DNA of 54,242 nucleotides, from positions 1 through 54,242 of the IMG/VR virus record IMGVR_UViG_3300045837_000080; one strand, given 5' to 3'. The notes beneath the pieces were generated by a model, which ran no database searches, was not told where the DNA came from, and saw only the letters and a program-made list of their open reading frames with translations. Position numbers and translations under genes: made by a program. Position 1 is the first letter of the stretch; every line of letters begins with the position of its first letter. This document shows, piece by piece, positions 16,901 to 25,463 of the stretch. Origin of the DNA: a virus (taxonomy: Duplodnaviria > Caudoviricetes).

Positions 16901-18349
16901 GCCGGCGAGCGCCGCCCCGATCACGTTGCCCATGCCGTGGCTGCCCATGAACCGCAGCAGCCCGGCAGCCCCCCCGGTCAGCCCTTGCAGGACGGACAGG
17001 TAGTCCCCGCCCACCCCGGGAAGGTGGGGCGCCAGCCCGAGGAAGATGTTCCCGATGTTCGCCCCGATATCGCCGAACTGCTGCAGGTAGCCCGTGCCGC
17101 TGCCCATCAGCCCCGCCAGGATGCCCGCCGTCCCCCGCTGCGCCATGTTCAGCTGCATGGTGGCGACGCCCCGGTCCAGCATCCCGATCGTGTTCAGCCC
17201 CATCTGCAGGAACGGACCCTGGGTGGCTTTCGCCAGGTTGATCCCCGCGCCCGCCAGCTCGTAGACGCCCCCGGTCGCCAGGTCCTGGAAATTCTGCAGG
17301 CTCCTGCCCATGCCCAGGTACTGCCCGGCGGTGATCCCGTACGCGGGACCCAGGGACTCGGCTGTCGCCGAGATCGCCTGGAACCGCGACTGGATCTGCT
17401 CCACGCCCTGCCACCCGACCATGGCGGCAGCCCCGGCGGCTGCTACTGCCGGACCTGCCGTGGCGAGGATCTCGTTGGTCGCCATCATCGCCCAGTGCAC
17501 CGGACCCCACCAGCGCCGCACCCACCCGACGATCGCCTCAGCCTGCGCCCCGGCGCTCCCCTTCGGGAACGTGGCAGCCACGGCTGCCGTCCCCCCGCCT
17601 CCGCCGCCTCCGCCGCCTCCGCCGCCTGCACCCTGAGACAGGGCGGCAAGCACGGCGGCAGCAGATGCCCCGCCGCCTCCGCCGCCTTGCTGGCTGGCGC
17701 CCAGCGCGGAGCCGAGGGCGGCAGCGGCTGCCGCCTGCCCTGCCGCGTTCCCGCGTGCCCCGCGCAATCCGCTTGCAGCAGCGAGCGGGATGGCAGCGGC
17801 ATTTCCCGCGTTCGCGACATTCTGCAATGCCGATGCCAGCCTTTGCACGGAATTGATCGTCGCGTCCGATACGCGCACCCGGTTGCGCAGCCGGGAAACC
17901 GCGTCCAGTGCCGGCGTGGCACGAGTCCCCGCATCCGCCAGGTCATTCAGCAGGCGATGGACATCAGCCATCTTCGCCAGATCCCCGGGATCGGGTCCTT
18001 TTACCACGTACTTCACTGTCGCCGTCTTATCTTTCGCATCCGGAGGGCTTCCGGCGGTAACGTACTTCACGTTTACCGTCTGGACGGCGTCCTTGACCTG
18101 GGGGAGGTCACCTTCGGTGACATACCGGACAGCGACCTTGACTTCCCGGTCCCCGCCCAGCCCGTCCAGCTCGCGCTTGAGCCGTGCCACGTCGGCGATC
18201 GCCCGGTCCACGTCCGCCTTGAACGTGATCTTCACCACGTCCGGGATCGTCTTCAGTGACTCCTGGATCTTCTTGATCCCGTCCAGGTAGTCCCTGGTGT
18301 CCGCGCGGAACTTCTGGACGACGTCAGGCAAGCCGCCAGTGCGTGGCAT
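13901..18349 (-). CDS. tape measure protein
   Basis: 1482 aa Ala/Gly/Gln-rich helical protein; GGLVPG.G.GD.VPAMLEPGEVV motif; position after the chaperones. Confidence 0.88.
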   Translation of the reverse strand: MPRTGGLPDVVQKFRADTRDYLDGIKKIQESLKTIPDVVKITFKADVDRAIADVARLKRELDGLGGDREVKVAVRYVTEGDLPQVKDAVQTVNVKYVTAGSPPDAKDKTATVKYVVKGPDPGDLAKMADVHRLLNDLADAGTRATPALDAVSRLRNRVRVSDATINSVQRLASALQNVANAGNAAAIPLAAASGLRGARGNAAGQAAAAAALGSALGASQQGGGGGGASAAAVLAALSQGAGGGGGGGGGGGGTAAVAATFPKGSAGAQAEAIVGWVRRWWGPVHWAMMATNEILATAGPAVAAAGAAAMVGWQGVEQIQSRFQAISATAESLGPAYGITAGQYLGMGRSLQNFQDLATGGVYELAGAGINLAKATQGPFLQMGLNTIGMLDRGVATMQLNMAQRGTAGILAGLMGSGTGYLQQFGDIGANIGNIFLGLAPHLPGVGGDYLSVLQGLTGGAAGLLRFMGSHGMGNVIGAALAGEAGMRVGTPLVGLVGRGIGGIGGRLADLGLRTGAEGLLTAGRGALSIADILGGLSGPEVAAAAILAFGAGKIMTAKTPDQRAIAALQAQIGQMGFVAGAGPGGAPVSTWQALGHAVTKATMLSAPGAGAAPGPVLSPEGLQVVQIAAARGGGIGMTTPAMAATVARSHWAQAAMGFDATMGNLMRAGPQLASVLAKAGIQGASMSEVFQIAQNALLDLTHGFNKHGQLTQQAITQLGDYVAAIGPMTRNAGAFNSAIAAQNIMSSHAMQNLGDVNKAMDSMTSIMTGGPSGMANLFAMLGGTPVTTKPTRAGLQLQAPPAFAKMAQALTSYTSAGGAAAWRTFAGPQGLIASEQANLDQLRTALTLGALTQPQAAGLAGFQIQQLLPLGKQSAGALASIMQQGAQMGVTPYYDPGKSQAANYQAAVQATAKIADNAKQANRTTDTMTVNLSRLPQIAQQFAMGFNATIFSDQISKASSAMSSVLGAAGKGKVDTSGIQGVVGAMKQAGVTAQAIGPIIQHALQAAGVSAGMQKKIMIQVDAQVTGAKAAINSIQGKTVVVKAVQQGVGAVKAAINSVQGKTVTVTVDYVVVGSPGLSRLISSSGTVAALGGHTGPGMQTGGLVPGSGIGDIVPAMLEPGEVVIPRYLVPQLTGFLNAHHIPGFGGMPQSSASHFAAGGVVPSGTTIPELKAEISAAWKLLDRLYAEKNAGMNVSAQISAFWKNTLDPLYAALDRLKNHAAGAAGSLKDVTVSVVGKLPANLKDTAAAMTKVAQQMVSHIQQEIAFAKNLSQQTVQGLNLGGMQLPDPTAAGTGQGAVAPGQRGFSLAAWNAAVANAALSGPPAAQPQSVQQQMKSYLDSIKTFSADVTHLSKAHLNKDVLQQVLAAGPGQGHLLASSILGGPGGVGAVNNLWKQINTAANKLGAVGASAIFGGTLAPNLKSGTFINNNVSISISMKGGGDLSSLSAQQLNQLVQEIQKKLLQKAKRDGKPGLKLKGGGV

Positions 18350-18657
18350 CGTCCACCTCCGTCGCGGGTTACCAGGGATATGTTAAAATCAGGCGGCATC
18401 AGCTCACCCTTGCTGGGCTGATCTCAATCTGGGAAAGCCAGGACCGGAAGTGCTACAACTGCTTCCGCTTGCTGGCAGATCCCCGCCTTTCCCGTTACGG
18501 GGGCGGACAGAACACAGATGGAGGCTGGCGATCACGAATAGACCATGACCATTCGATCTGTCCCGATGCAAAGCATTCCTGCGAGCGCTGCAGGAGGGGG
18601 CTAACCTGTCACGGATGCAACGTGCACCGGTTGCCGTCGGGGAACTACGGATCGTAG
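18343..18657 (+). pseudogene. truncated endonuclease VII-like HNH
   Basis: QDRKCYNC..IDHDH..C..CERCRRGLTCHGCN; lacks a long N-terminal domain; antisense insertion. Confidence 0.6.
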
Positions 18658-19115
18658 GGGCGGAAGCCCTCGATCGCGGCACGGCGCAGCTCGCCGTCCC
18701 GGATCGCTTCTTCGGTGGTCGGGCGCAGGAACGGGTGCTCCGGGTGCGGCAGCGCCGTGTGGTACCACGAGCCGCCCGAATCCGTCCAGTGCACCATCTC
18801 CCCGTTCGCCGGCTCCTCCACCACGCACCCGTATTCCAGGATGCGGGCGTAGTCCACCCGGTTCCCGGCAACAGCCGAAGTTCCCAGCGCGCTGTAGAAC
18901 ATGCCGCGCGCCAGGTTCCCCGAGGCGTACGCCGGCGGGTCCCCGGGAGGCGTGCGGTGCCATGCGCCTTTCGCGTGCCGGGTGCGCCGCAAGGTGATGT
19001 TCGCTGCCCGCTCGGCGATGTATTTCGCCATCGCCAGGGACGCCGCAGCCTCGCCCCGGCGCGCCAGGGCGTAGATGTCACCCCACCAGTCGCTCGCACC
19101 CGACGGGCTGCTCAC
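18645..19115 (-). CDS. HK97 gp10-like tail completion protein
   Basis: PGDPPA..SGNL, YARILEYG, HPFLRP motifs. Confidence 0.75.
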   Translation of the reverse strand: MSSPSGASDWWGDIYALARRGEAAASLAMAKYIAERAANITLRRTRHAKGAWHRTPPGDPPAYASGNLARGMFYSALGTSAVAGNRVDYARILEYGCVVEEPANGEMVHWTDSGGSWYHTALPHPEHPFLRPTTEEAIRDGELRRAAIEGFRPYDP

Positions 19116-20259
19116 ATGGCTTTGCCCTGCACGCGGTTCAGCAGCTCCCCGATCGCCGGAGCCATATATTCCTCCGCGACGAAATCCTTGTCGTAGCCGA
19201 GGGCGAACTCGCGCAGGTCAGCCCGGAGCTTATCGTCGGGGCGCTCCTTGTAGCTGCGCTCGTACGCCATGACCAGCTCCCCCAGGTCCGGGCGCGTCCA
19301 CCAGCCCTTGTGCACCCCGTTATAGAACGGGGTCCCGTCCACTGAGATGCCCAGCGGGTTCAGCTCCGGCATCGAGGAGGCGTCAGTGGTGATCACCGGG
19401 GTGCCGCATGCCTGCGCCTCGATGATCGGCAGCCCGAATCCCTCGCCGAATGAGCACGCGGACAGCACGTCGATCGCGTTGTACCATTCAGCGATCTCCT
19501 CCGGGGTGATCAGCCCGCAATGGTAGTGATACTGGCTGACCACTTTCACCCGGTCGCTGATCCCCAGGTTCTCCGCGAGGGCTTCCAGGTCCTGCCCGCC
19601 CGCCTGGTGCACTCCCGAATGCAAGGCGAGCAGCGTGTCCGGGTGCCGGTCCAGGAACTTGGCGAACGCGAGCATCTGCTCGGGGATCGCCTTGCGGATC
19701 GCGTCATTGTTGGCGGCGTTCATCCCGATGACGAAATTGTCCCCGAACCCGAGCCGCTCCCGGATCTCCTCCCGGTTGCCCAGCGGGCGGAACACGTCAG
19801 TATCGATCCCGTGCGGCACGTAGACCGCGTCCAGCCCGGCATCGCGGTACCGTTCCAGCCCGAACACGGACATGGCGATCACCTGCATGCCCGCTGCCTC
19901 GATGACGTTCCGGTCGGCAGTCGAAGACGGGCGGCAGTCGCACGGCAGCCAGTGCGCGACCGGCAGCTGGCGCAGGACATTCGGGTCCATCACCCACACG
20001 TCGCCCAGGTTGATCACCAGGTCCGGGCGCACGTACTTGGCATGATCGCCGAGGGAGTCCGAGCAGTAGTTCTGCCCGTACCCGGGGAGCACGGTGATCC
20101 CGTTCCACGTTGTCGGGGAGCCGCTCAGCCCGTAATAGGAGCTGACCACCACCTCGTGCCCCATCTCGGTCAGCTTGCGCACCCAGGTTGCCGTCTGGGT
20201 CCCGTACCCGCTAAACTGGGGGACCACGGGGCACAGCTGTGCCACATAATCCTTGCCAT
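19112..20259 (-). CDS. GT4-family glycosyltransferase, 5' end split by a 5-nt TTA-containing gap
   Basis: AGGAGG RBS + ATG 20259 gives MARIMWHSCAPWSPS; the other frame continues GYGTQ...; PHGIDT, RK, EGFGLPIIEAQACGTPVI motifs. Confidence 0.9.
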
Positions 20260-20272
20260 TCAGCACCACCTC

Positions 20273-20536
20273 CTATCCGTATTGCAGCATCTCCTGCTTG
20301 CGGCTCATCAGCCGTTCCTCGGTGATATCCCAGGCTGCCTGGATGACCGGCAGCCAGAAAAGCTCATCGAGGGAGAGTTCATCAACCTCTCGCGGGGTGA
20401 GACCTCTCCCTCTCATGAACCGGTAGTACTCCAGCATGTGCTCCGGGAAGCCCTCGGGATAAGGGGGCTGCCGGGCGGGATTGCCCCCGCCCTGCTGGTA
20501 GGTGAAGATTTCCGCTAGTCTCCCGATGGCTTTTTT
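20273..20536 (-). CDS. tail assembly chaperone -1 frameshift extension (gpGT-like)
   Basis: Slippery CCA-AAA-AAG (+ strand 20530-20538); the -1 frame is open to TAG at 20273 (...LTPREVDELSLDELFWLP...). Confidence 0.8.
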   Translation of the reverse strand, partial: KKAIGRLAEIFTYQQGGGNPARQPPYPEGFPEHMLEYYRFMRGRGLTPREVDELSLDELFWLPVIQAAWDITEERLMSRKQEMLQYG

Positions 20537-20889
20537 GGGTCCGGCAGGTCACGCCCGGAAATCTTGTCCATCAGCGGCTCGACTGCCTTCTCCACGGCTG
20601 CGTAATCGTCCAGGTCCAGTGCGCTGCCGATGACCACGTCCGCCGCCTGGAAGTGATTCTGCGAGGGGATGGGCACCGGGAAGCTCCATGCGGTGATGAT
20701 CCTGCCCAGCAGGGCGTTGCGCATGTCGTTCGCCATCGCGTAGAAATTGGCTTTGCTCTTGCCTTCCCCGGTGACGTCGATGCTGGCGACCTCCTGGACG
20801 GCGAACCGGTCCAGGGACATCAGGCGATCCCGGATGTCCACCCAGTTGTGCTCGCCGTCAGCTTTCAGGCTGGGCAGCTCAATGCGCAT
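20515..20889 (-). CDS. tail assembly chaperone (gpG-like)
   Basis: Follows the tail tube gene; ends ...DPKK at a slippery site; AAGGA RBS. Confidence 0.8.
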   Translation of the reverse strand: MRIELPSLKADGEHNWVDIRDRLMSLDRFAVQEVASIDVTGEGKSKANFYAMANDMRNALLGRIITAWSFPVPIPSQNHFQAADVVIGSALDLDDYAAVEKAVEPLMDKISGRDLPDPKKPSGD

Positions 20890-20909
20890 GCGCGGTTCCT
20901 TGCTTGTAG

Positions 20910-20938
20910 TGGACAATCAATAGTCCGTAAAGTACCAT
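20910..20938 (+). promoter_or_regulatory. sigma70-type promoter for leaderless HNH gene
   Basis: TGGACA-17-TACCAT, 7 nt before ATG 20946; no RBS. Confidence 0.6.
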
Positions 20939-20945
20939 TTACTTC

Positions 20946-21563
20946 ATGGAGAACTGGAAACCCGTCATCGGGTTTGAATTCTTCTATTCTGTATCCATTT
21001 CAGGACAGGTACGAAGCCTACGCCAAAGCAAGATCATGCGACCAAGCACCAGTAATACCGGCGGGTACCCGATGTATGTCTTCACCGTGCAAGGCAAGCG
21101 CACAGGGAAGTATGCACATCAGATGGTCATGGAGGCATTTGTCGGTCCATGCCCGGAAGGCATGGAAGTCCGTCACCTAGATGGTGATGCGAGCAACCCT
21201 GCATTGTTCTCCCCGTCTGGGGAGAGAAGGCTGGCATGGGGCACGAAAAGTGAGAATAACTTTGATGAGGTTCGTCACGGTACCCATTATGAAGCTTCAC
21301 GTACTCACTGTGAGAACGGTCATGAGTGGACAAAGGAAAACACCCGGATCGAACGTTACCCAGATGGAACCTTTAAAGCTCGCCGCTGTCGGGAATGCAA
21401 GCGACTGGATGCTGCACGCCTAAGATCTCAGCGTAAGACTGATATCCGCCGCTGCAAAGAACCTGATTGCGGGAAACCGTACTTCGGACGTAATTGGTGT
21501 TCTATGCACTATGCCCGCTGGTACACGAAACAGAAAAAACTCACAGCAAGTGAAGCTGCTTAG
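20946..21563 (+). CDS. NUMOD4/HNH homing endonuclease
   Basis: ENWKPVIGFE.FYSVS..GQVRS, HQMV.EAF.GP, VRHLDG, WGT.SEN, THC.NGH. Confidence 0.92.
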   Translation: MENWKPVIGFEFFYSVSISGQVRSLRQSKIMRPSTSNTGGYPMYVFTVQGKRTGKYAHQMVMEAFVGPCPEGMEVRHLDGDASNPALFSPSGERRLAWGTKSENNFDEVRHGTHYEASRTHCENGHEWTKENTRIERYPDGTFKARRCRECKRLDAARLRSQRKTDIRRCKEPDCGKPYFGRNWCSMHYARWYTKQKKLTASEAA

Positions 21564-22965
21564 CGAAGATTCCCTCGTTCACCATCCACCCTGTGGCGGT
21601 GTAAACTGCGGTGCCGTTGGTCAAGGTCAGAGTGCCTGGACCGAGCCCCCCGGAGCCGCCGAAATCTGTACTATTAGCAACTGCCTCGAACGAGTTGCTG
21701 TACCCGATCAGCGCCTTGTTGCGCATGATCTTGCTCTTGATGTTCGCCACCTGAGACCCGGTGAACGTCAGGGTGAACGGGGTACCCGAGTTGGGAATCC
21801 CGTTGTTGGTCATGGTGATCTGCATGGGACCCTGCGCGTTCATCAGCATCAGGTCCAGCGGGGTCTCGGTGTTGGCGGGGTCCCACTGGATCGTCCCGTC
21901 CATCGTCAGCGGACCCCGCGCGATCACGAACGGGGACTGCAGACCCTGGACGGTCCAGTACACCTGGGTGGCGCGCTTGAAGCTGATGCTGAACTCGCCG
22001 ATCCCCGACCAGACCCCGGTGCTGCTCACCGTGTTCCCGAGGATGACCACGGTCGAGTTCCAGTTCGGGATCGGGCGGCTGTTCGTCGTGGTGTTCGTCA
22101 CCGGGGCGGTGGCGACCGTGGACTGCCAGGAGTCGCCTTGCATCCGGATGTTGAGCAGCTGCTCGGCGTTCCCGGAGAAGTCGAACGACCGCAGCACCGC
22201 GCTCGGGTACTGCCGCGCCCCGTAGGTGTTGGTCGGGGCAGTGCCGTACGTGGCGTGGGTCATCACGTTGACGATGTTGGTCGTGTCCGTGAACGTATGC
22301 GTGGGCGGCTGCGCCCCGTAAGCGCCGCCGTAGCCGAGCGCGGAGTTGAGCGCGGCGAACCGGTGGGTGAACTGGGTGCCCGTGCACAGGTTGGCGATCG
22401 TGCTCCCGGTGACCGCCGTGCCGTTGATCGAGGACGGGTGGGCGAACCGCAGCGGGGTGTTGATGAAGTTGACGATGTTCGATGCTGCTGTCGAAGAGAT
22501 CTGGATGACCTCGTTGACGTACGACGGCACCGTGCCCGTCGCGTACGTGCCCAGCTGGATGTACGCGCCTGCGGTGTATGCCGCCGGCGGGGCAGCCGAC
22601 AGGGTGAACTGGGTCGCCCCGACCGCCGCCGTCCCCGAGATGGTCGCCGGGGTGGTCACTGCGCTGCACGTGGTCGACAGATCACCGAACACGTTGTCGA
22701 AAAAGTACCCGTGGCTGTCCAGGTAATTGGGACCGCCGAAGCTGAACGTCGCGGACTCGACACCGAGCGTCTTGTAGAACAGGTCGGTCATCGAGCCCCT
22801 GATGCCCTTGTCATCGAGGAACTTCGGAGTGTCCTCCGGCTCGAACTGCGCCTGCTCCAGCGGGTGGGTGATCACCGGGTTGACCACTGTGCCGACGGTC
22901 AGCTCGCGGGCAATCCCCAGCCAGGACAACACCCCCGGATAAATGTTCGGCCCTCCGAGTGCCAC
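21541..22965 (-). CDS. major tail (tube) protein
   Basis: LGIARE..G, F..D.G.RGS N-terminal pattern; lies between the terminator and chaperone genes. Confidence 0.78.
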   Translation of the reverse strand: MALGGPNIYPGVLSWLGIARELTVGTVVNPVITHPLEQAQFEPEDTPKFLDDKGIRGSMTDLFYKTLGVESATFSFGGPNYLDSHGYFFDNVFGDLSTTCSAVTTPATISGTAAVGATQFTLSAAPPAAYTAGAYIQLGTYATGTVPSYVNEVIQISSTAASNIVNFINTPLRFAHPSSINGTAVTGSTIANLCTGTQFTHRFAALNSALGYGGAYGAQPPTHTFTDTTNIVNVMTHATYGTAPTNTYGARQYPSAVLRSFDFSGNAEQLLNIRMQGDSWQSTVATAPVTNTTTNSRPIPNWNSTVVILGNTVSSTGVWSGIGEFSISFKRATQVYWTVQGLQSPFVIARGPLTMDGTIQWDPANTETPLDLMLMNAQGPMQITMTNNGIPNSGTPFTLTFTGSQVANIKSKIMRNKALIGYSNSFEAVANSTDFGGSGGLGPGTLTLTNGTAVYTATGWMVNEGIFAKQLHLL

Positions 22966-22978
22966 ACGTTCCTTCCTC

Positions 22979-23007
22979 TGGACCTAACTCCAGAATGGCG
23001 TTATAAT
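22979..23007 (+). promoter_or_regulatory. sigma70-type promoter for leaderless HNH gene
   Basis: TGGACC-17-TATAAT, 6 nt before GTG 23014. Confidence 0.65.
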
Positions 23008-23013
23008 TTCCCT

Positions 23014-23544
23014 GTGAGAGAAACCTGGAGACCCGTTCCTTTCGGCAGGGTCTACGAAGTGAGTGATTACGGGCGTCTCCGCAACGCGAAGACAGGAAAA
23101 TTCCTCACAGGAACCATCAATGAAGACGGGTACTGCAGGGTTTATCTATCCGACGGCAACCTTCATAAGAGCTTCTATCTGCACGTACTTGTCGCCAGGG
23201 TTTTCCTTGGTCCTCGCCCCGCAGGACAGCAGGTCAGGCACTGGGACGGGAACCCGCTCAACAACAGGATTACTAACCTGCTGTACGGCACTCCCTCCGA
23301 GAACGTTCGCGACACTGTCCGGTACGGAAATCACGTACAGGCTCGGAAGACTCACTGTCCTGACGGTCACCCGTACGACAAGGAGAACACCTATGTCTTC
23401 CCGGACGGGCGCAGGCACTGCAAGACCTGCCGACGTAAAGCGTTTCAGCGCCATGACGAGAAACGCAGGAGGATCACTGTCAACGGGAAGCGCATCTGGA
23501 TTCCCGTTGACGAATCGCTATGCGCGGAAAATCTCCCACAATGA
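23014..23544 (+). CDS. NUMOD4/HNH homing endonuclease
   Basis: ETWRPVP..YEVSDYGRLR, HVLVARVFLG, VRHWDGNPLNN.I.NL.YGT.SEN, KTHCPDGHPY. Confidence 0.92.
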   Translation: MRETWRPVPFGRVYEVSDYGRLRNAKTGKFLTGTINEDGYCRVYLSDGNLHKSFYLHVLVARVFLGPRPAGQQVRHWDGNPLNNRITNLLYGTPSENVRDTVRYGNHVQARKTHCPDGHPYDKENTYVFPDGRRHCKTCRRKAFQRHDEKRRRITVNGKRIWIPVDESLCAENLPQ

Positions 23545-24033
23545 CAGCTTGACCAGACAGTCGTACCGTTTCGTGCGCTCGTCAGCCGTGGACACGATCC
23601 CCGTCTGGTAGTGCATGTCCTCGCCCGCGTTGTAGATGTCCGAGACCAGCCCCGAATTAGGGTCGGCGAACGTCGCCGGGTTGGGCATGGAAAACCGCAG
23701 CGCGTACATGACCGCGTCCACCATCCCCGGGAACACCGGGTCCTGGGCTTTCCCCGCGTCCGCCGAGAACCAGGTCAGGTACACGTCCATCCGGTGCAGG
23801 ATTCCCTTGGTGCCCGAGGACGTGCCCGGTCCGGTATTGCGGGGGATCGTCCCGCCCAGCTCCTCAGAGCGGTTCTCCTCCCCGTCCGCCGGCCAGATGA
23901 GGATCTGCGGGACCTTCCCCTGGACGTTCGGGTCCTGCGGGGTGATCCACGCCCTGGCATTCGGCTTCCCGTACGGCATGGGAAGGTCATCGAGGATGCT
24001 CAAAAGGAAAGCCTGCACGGTCACCAGGGGCAA
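23518..24033 (-). CDS. tail terminator-like protein
   Basis: Position just before the tail tube; GGAGG RBS + TTG. Confidence 0.6.
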   Translation of the reverse strand: MPLVTVQAFLLSILDDLPMPYGKPNARAWITPQDPNVQGKVPQILIWPADGEENRSEELGGTIPRNTGPGTSSGTKGILHRMDVYLTWFSADAGKAQDPVFPGMVDAVMYALRFSMPNPATFADPNSGLVSDIYNAGEDMHYQTGIVSTADERTKRYDCLVKLSLWEIFRA

Positions 24034-24086
24034 CGCAGGAACCTCCCTGCTGCAATTTTACCGGTAAAAGGCTGCAGCGCAAGTGC

Positions 24087-24227
24087 CTATGCTTTCTGCG
24101 CCTTTTCTGCTTTCTGCGCCCGGGGGGAGACGGGAGCGCCGGATGATGATCTCGGCTGCGCGATGATCCCGCCGCGCTGGCGCCTCATGATGACCCGGCG
24201 CATCGCCTGCGCCCGCCTGCGGTTCAT
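24087..24227 (-). CDS. small basic protein (46 aa)
   Basis: AGGAG RBS + ATG; Arg-rich. Confidence 0.45.
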   Translation of the reverse strand: MNRRRAQAMRRVIMRRQRGGIIAQPRSSSGAPVSPRAQKAEKAQKA

Positions 24228-24234
24228 GGCGCTC

Positions 24235-25231
24235 CTAAATGGTCCTGCGGAACGGGTGGATGAGAAGCTCCGCCTCGGAGTTGAGCCCTTCGATGTCCCC
24301 GCCCGTGTGCTGGGAATGACCCCCGATGTCATGGATGGTCGTGGTGGTCGCGCCCCGGGTGAGGGCTTCGGCGACGCAGAACAGGATGCACGCCTGCTCC
24401 ACGGTCGCGGGCAGCGTGGTGACCAGCGTCCCGGGGGCGTGCGGGTAGACCAGGTTCGATGACAGGGTGAGCGTCCCCGGACCGGCGGTCGCGCTCGCCG
24501 AGGTGACGTGCACGGTCTCCTGCTGCCCGGAGTCCTTGATCACCCCGGTCGCCCCGGTCACCCCCTGGTAGCTGGTGATCCCCCAGCCGGTGCAGTCATC
24601 GACGGTCAGCGTGTTCGTCCCGGAGGATGCCTGGGCGGTGATCTCCGCGTGCGGGAACCCGTTGATGTAAGAGATCATGCAGATCCACCCGTTGCGCCCC
24701 ATCGACCAGTCGATGTACCCGGGTCCGATCAGCACCACCTGGGAGCCGTAAGCCTCCGAGCTGGGGCTGGATGACCCGTAGATCCCGATCGGGGGGTACT
24801 CGGGCTCCGCCCATCCGGCAGGCAGGGTGGTGAACTTGCGCGGGAACACGTTGTTCGCGCACACCTGCACCTGGGTGACCTGCAAGATGGGAAACCGGGA
24901 CATGACAGCGCGGGCGTTGAAGCTGGGGGTGTCGTTGAACCAGAACGAGTTGCTGACCCCGCCGCCGCCCGCCGGTCCCACGGTCAGCCGGAAGTCCGGT
25001 CCGTGCAGCACCTCGGTGTCCACGGTCGCCCGCAGCACCTGGTTGCAGTACCCGTTGACTTTCGCGGTGGCGCGCTGGCACATGTTCCACCATTCGGCTT
25101 CGTTCTGCGCCGGGGTGACATCGCCGCCGATAGGAATGGATGTCCAGTCCTAAATCGATCCCCGTGGGCGCCGTGGTCAGCGTCACAGGGCTGATATAAG
25201 GAGCACCCGCCGTAGGCATCGGGGTTGTCAT
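24235..25231 (-). CDS. head-tail connector/adaptor-like protein, 5' end split by a 7-nt TTA-containing gap
   Basis: GGAGG RBS + ATG 25231 gives ...PYISPVTLTTAPTGID; the other frame continues WTSIP...RATAKVNGYCNQVLRAT...VEQACIL...AELLIHPFRR. Confidence 0.8.
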
Positions 25232-25250
25232 GGGACATCACCTCCCGTCC

Positions 25251-25457
25251 TCATGCCGCTTTCCTGCTTTTTCTCAGGCAGGAATGACATACATAGCCGC
25301 CGCGTCCCTCGTCTTCCTCGGACAGCCAGTCCGAGTGCCTCGGGTAGCAGACCATCTCATTGCACCGGGCGCACTGACCGGACGGCGCGGCTGTGCGGGC
25401 ATTGCGCGCCCTTCTCGGACCCCCGCAGTACCTGCACAGCCCAGCCGCCCTGCTCAT
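25251..25457 (-). CDS. small Cys-rich zinc-finger-like protein
   Basis: CRYC, CARC, CHSC. Confidence 0.6.
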   Translation of the reverse strand: MSRAAGLCRYCGGPRRARNARTAAPSGQCARCNEMVCYPRHSDWLSEEDEGRGGYVCHSCLRKSRKAA

Positions 25458-25463
25458 GCGTTC

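Noticed and set aside
17593-17630. CCGCCTCCG tandem repeat
   Set aside because: Poly-Gly coding run in the tape measure gene; not CRISPR or a regulatory repeat
21511-23013. N-terminal ~500 aa of the 677-aa + strand ORF
   Set aside because: Shadow of the tail tube gene; only the HNH from GTG 23014 is credible
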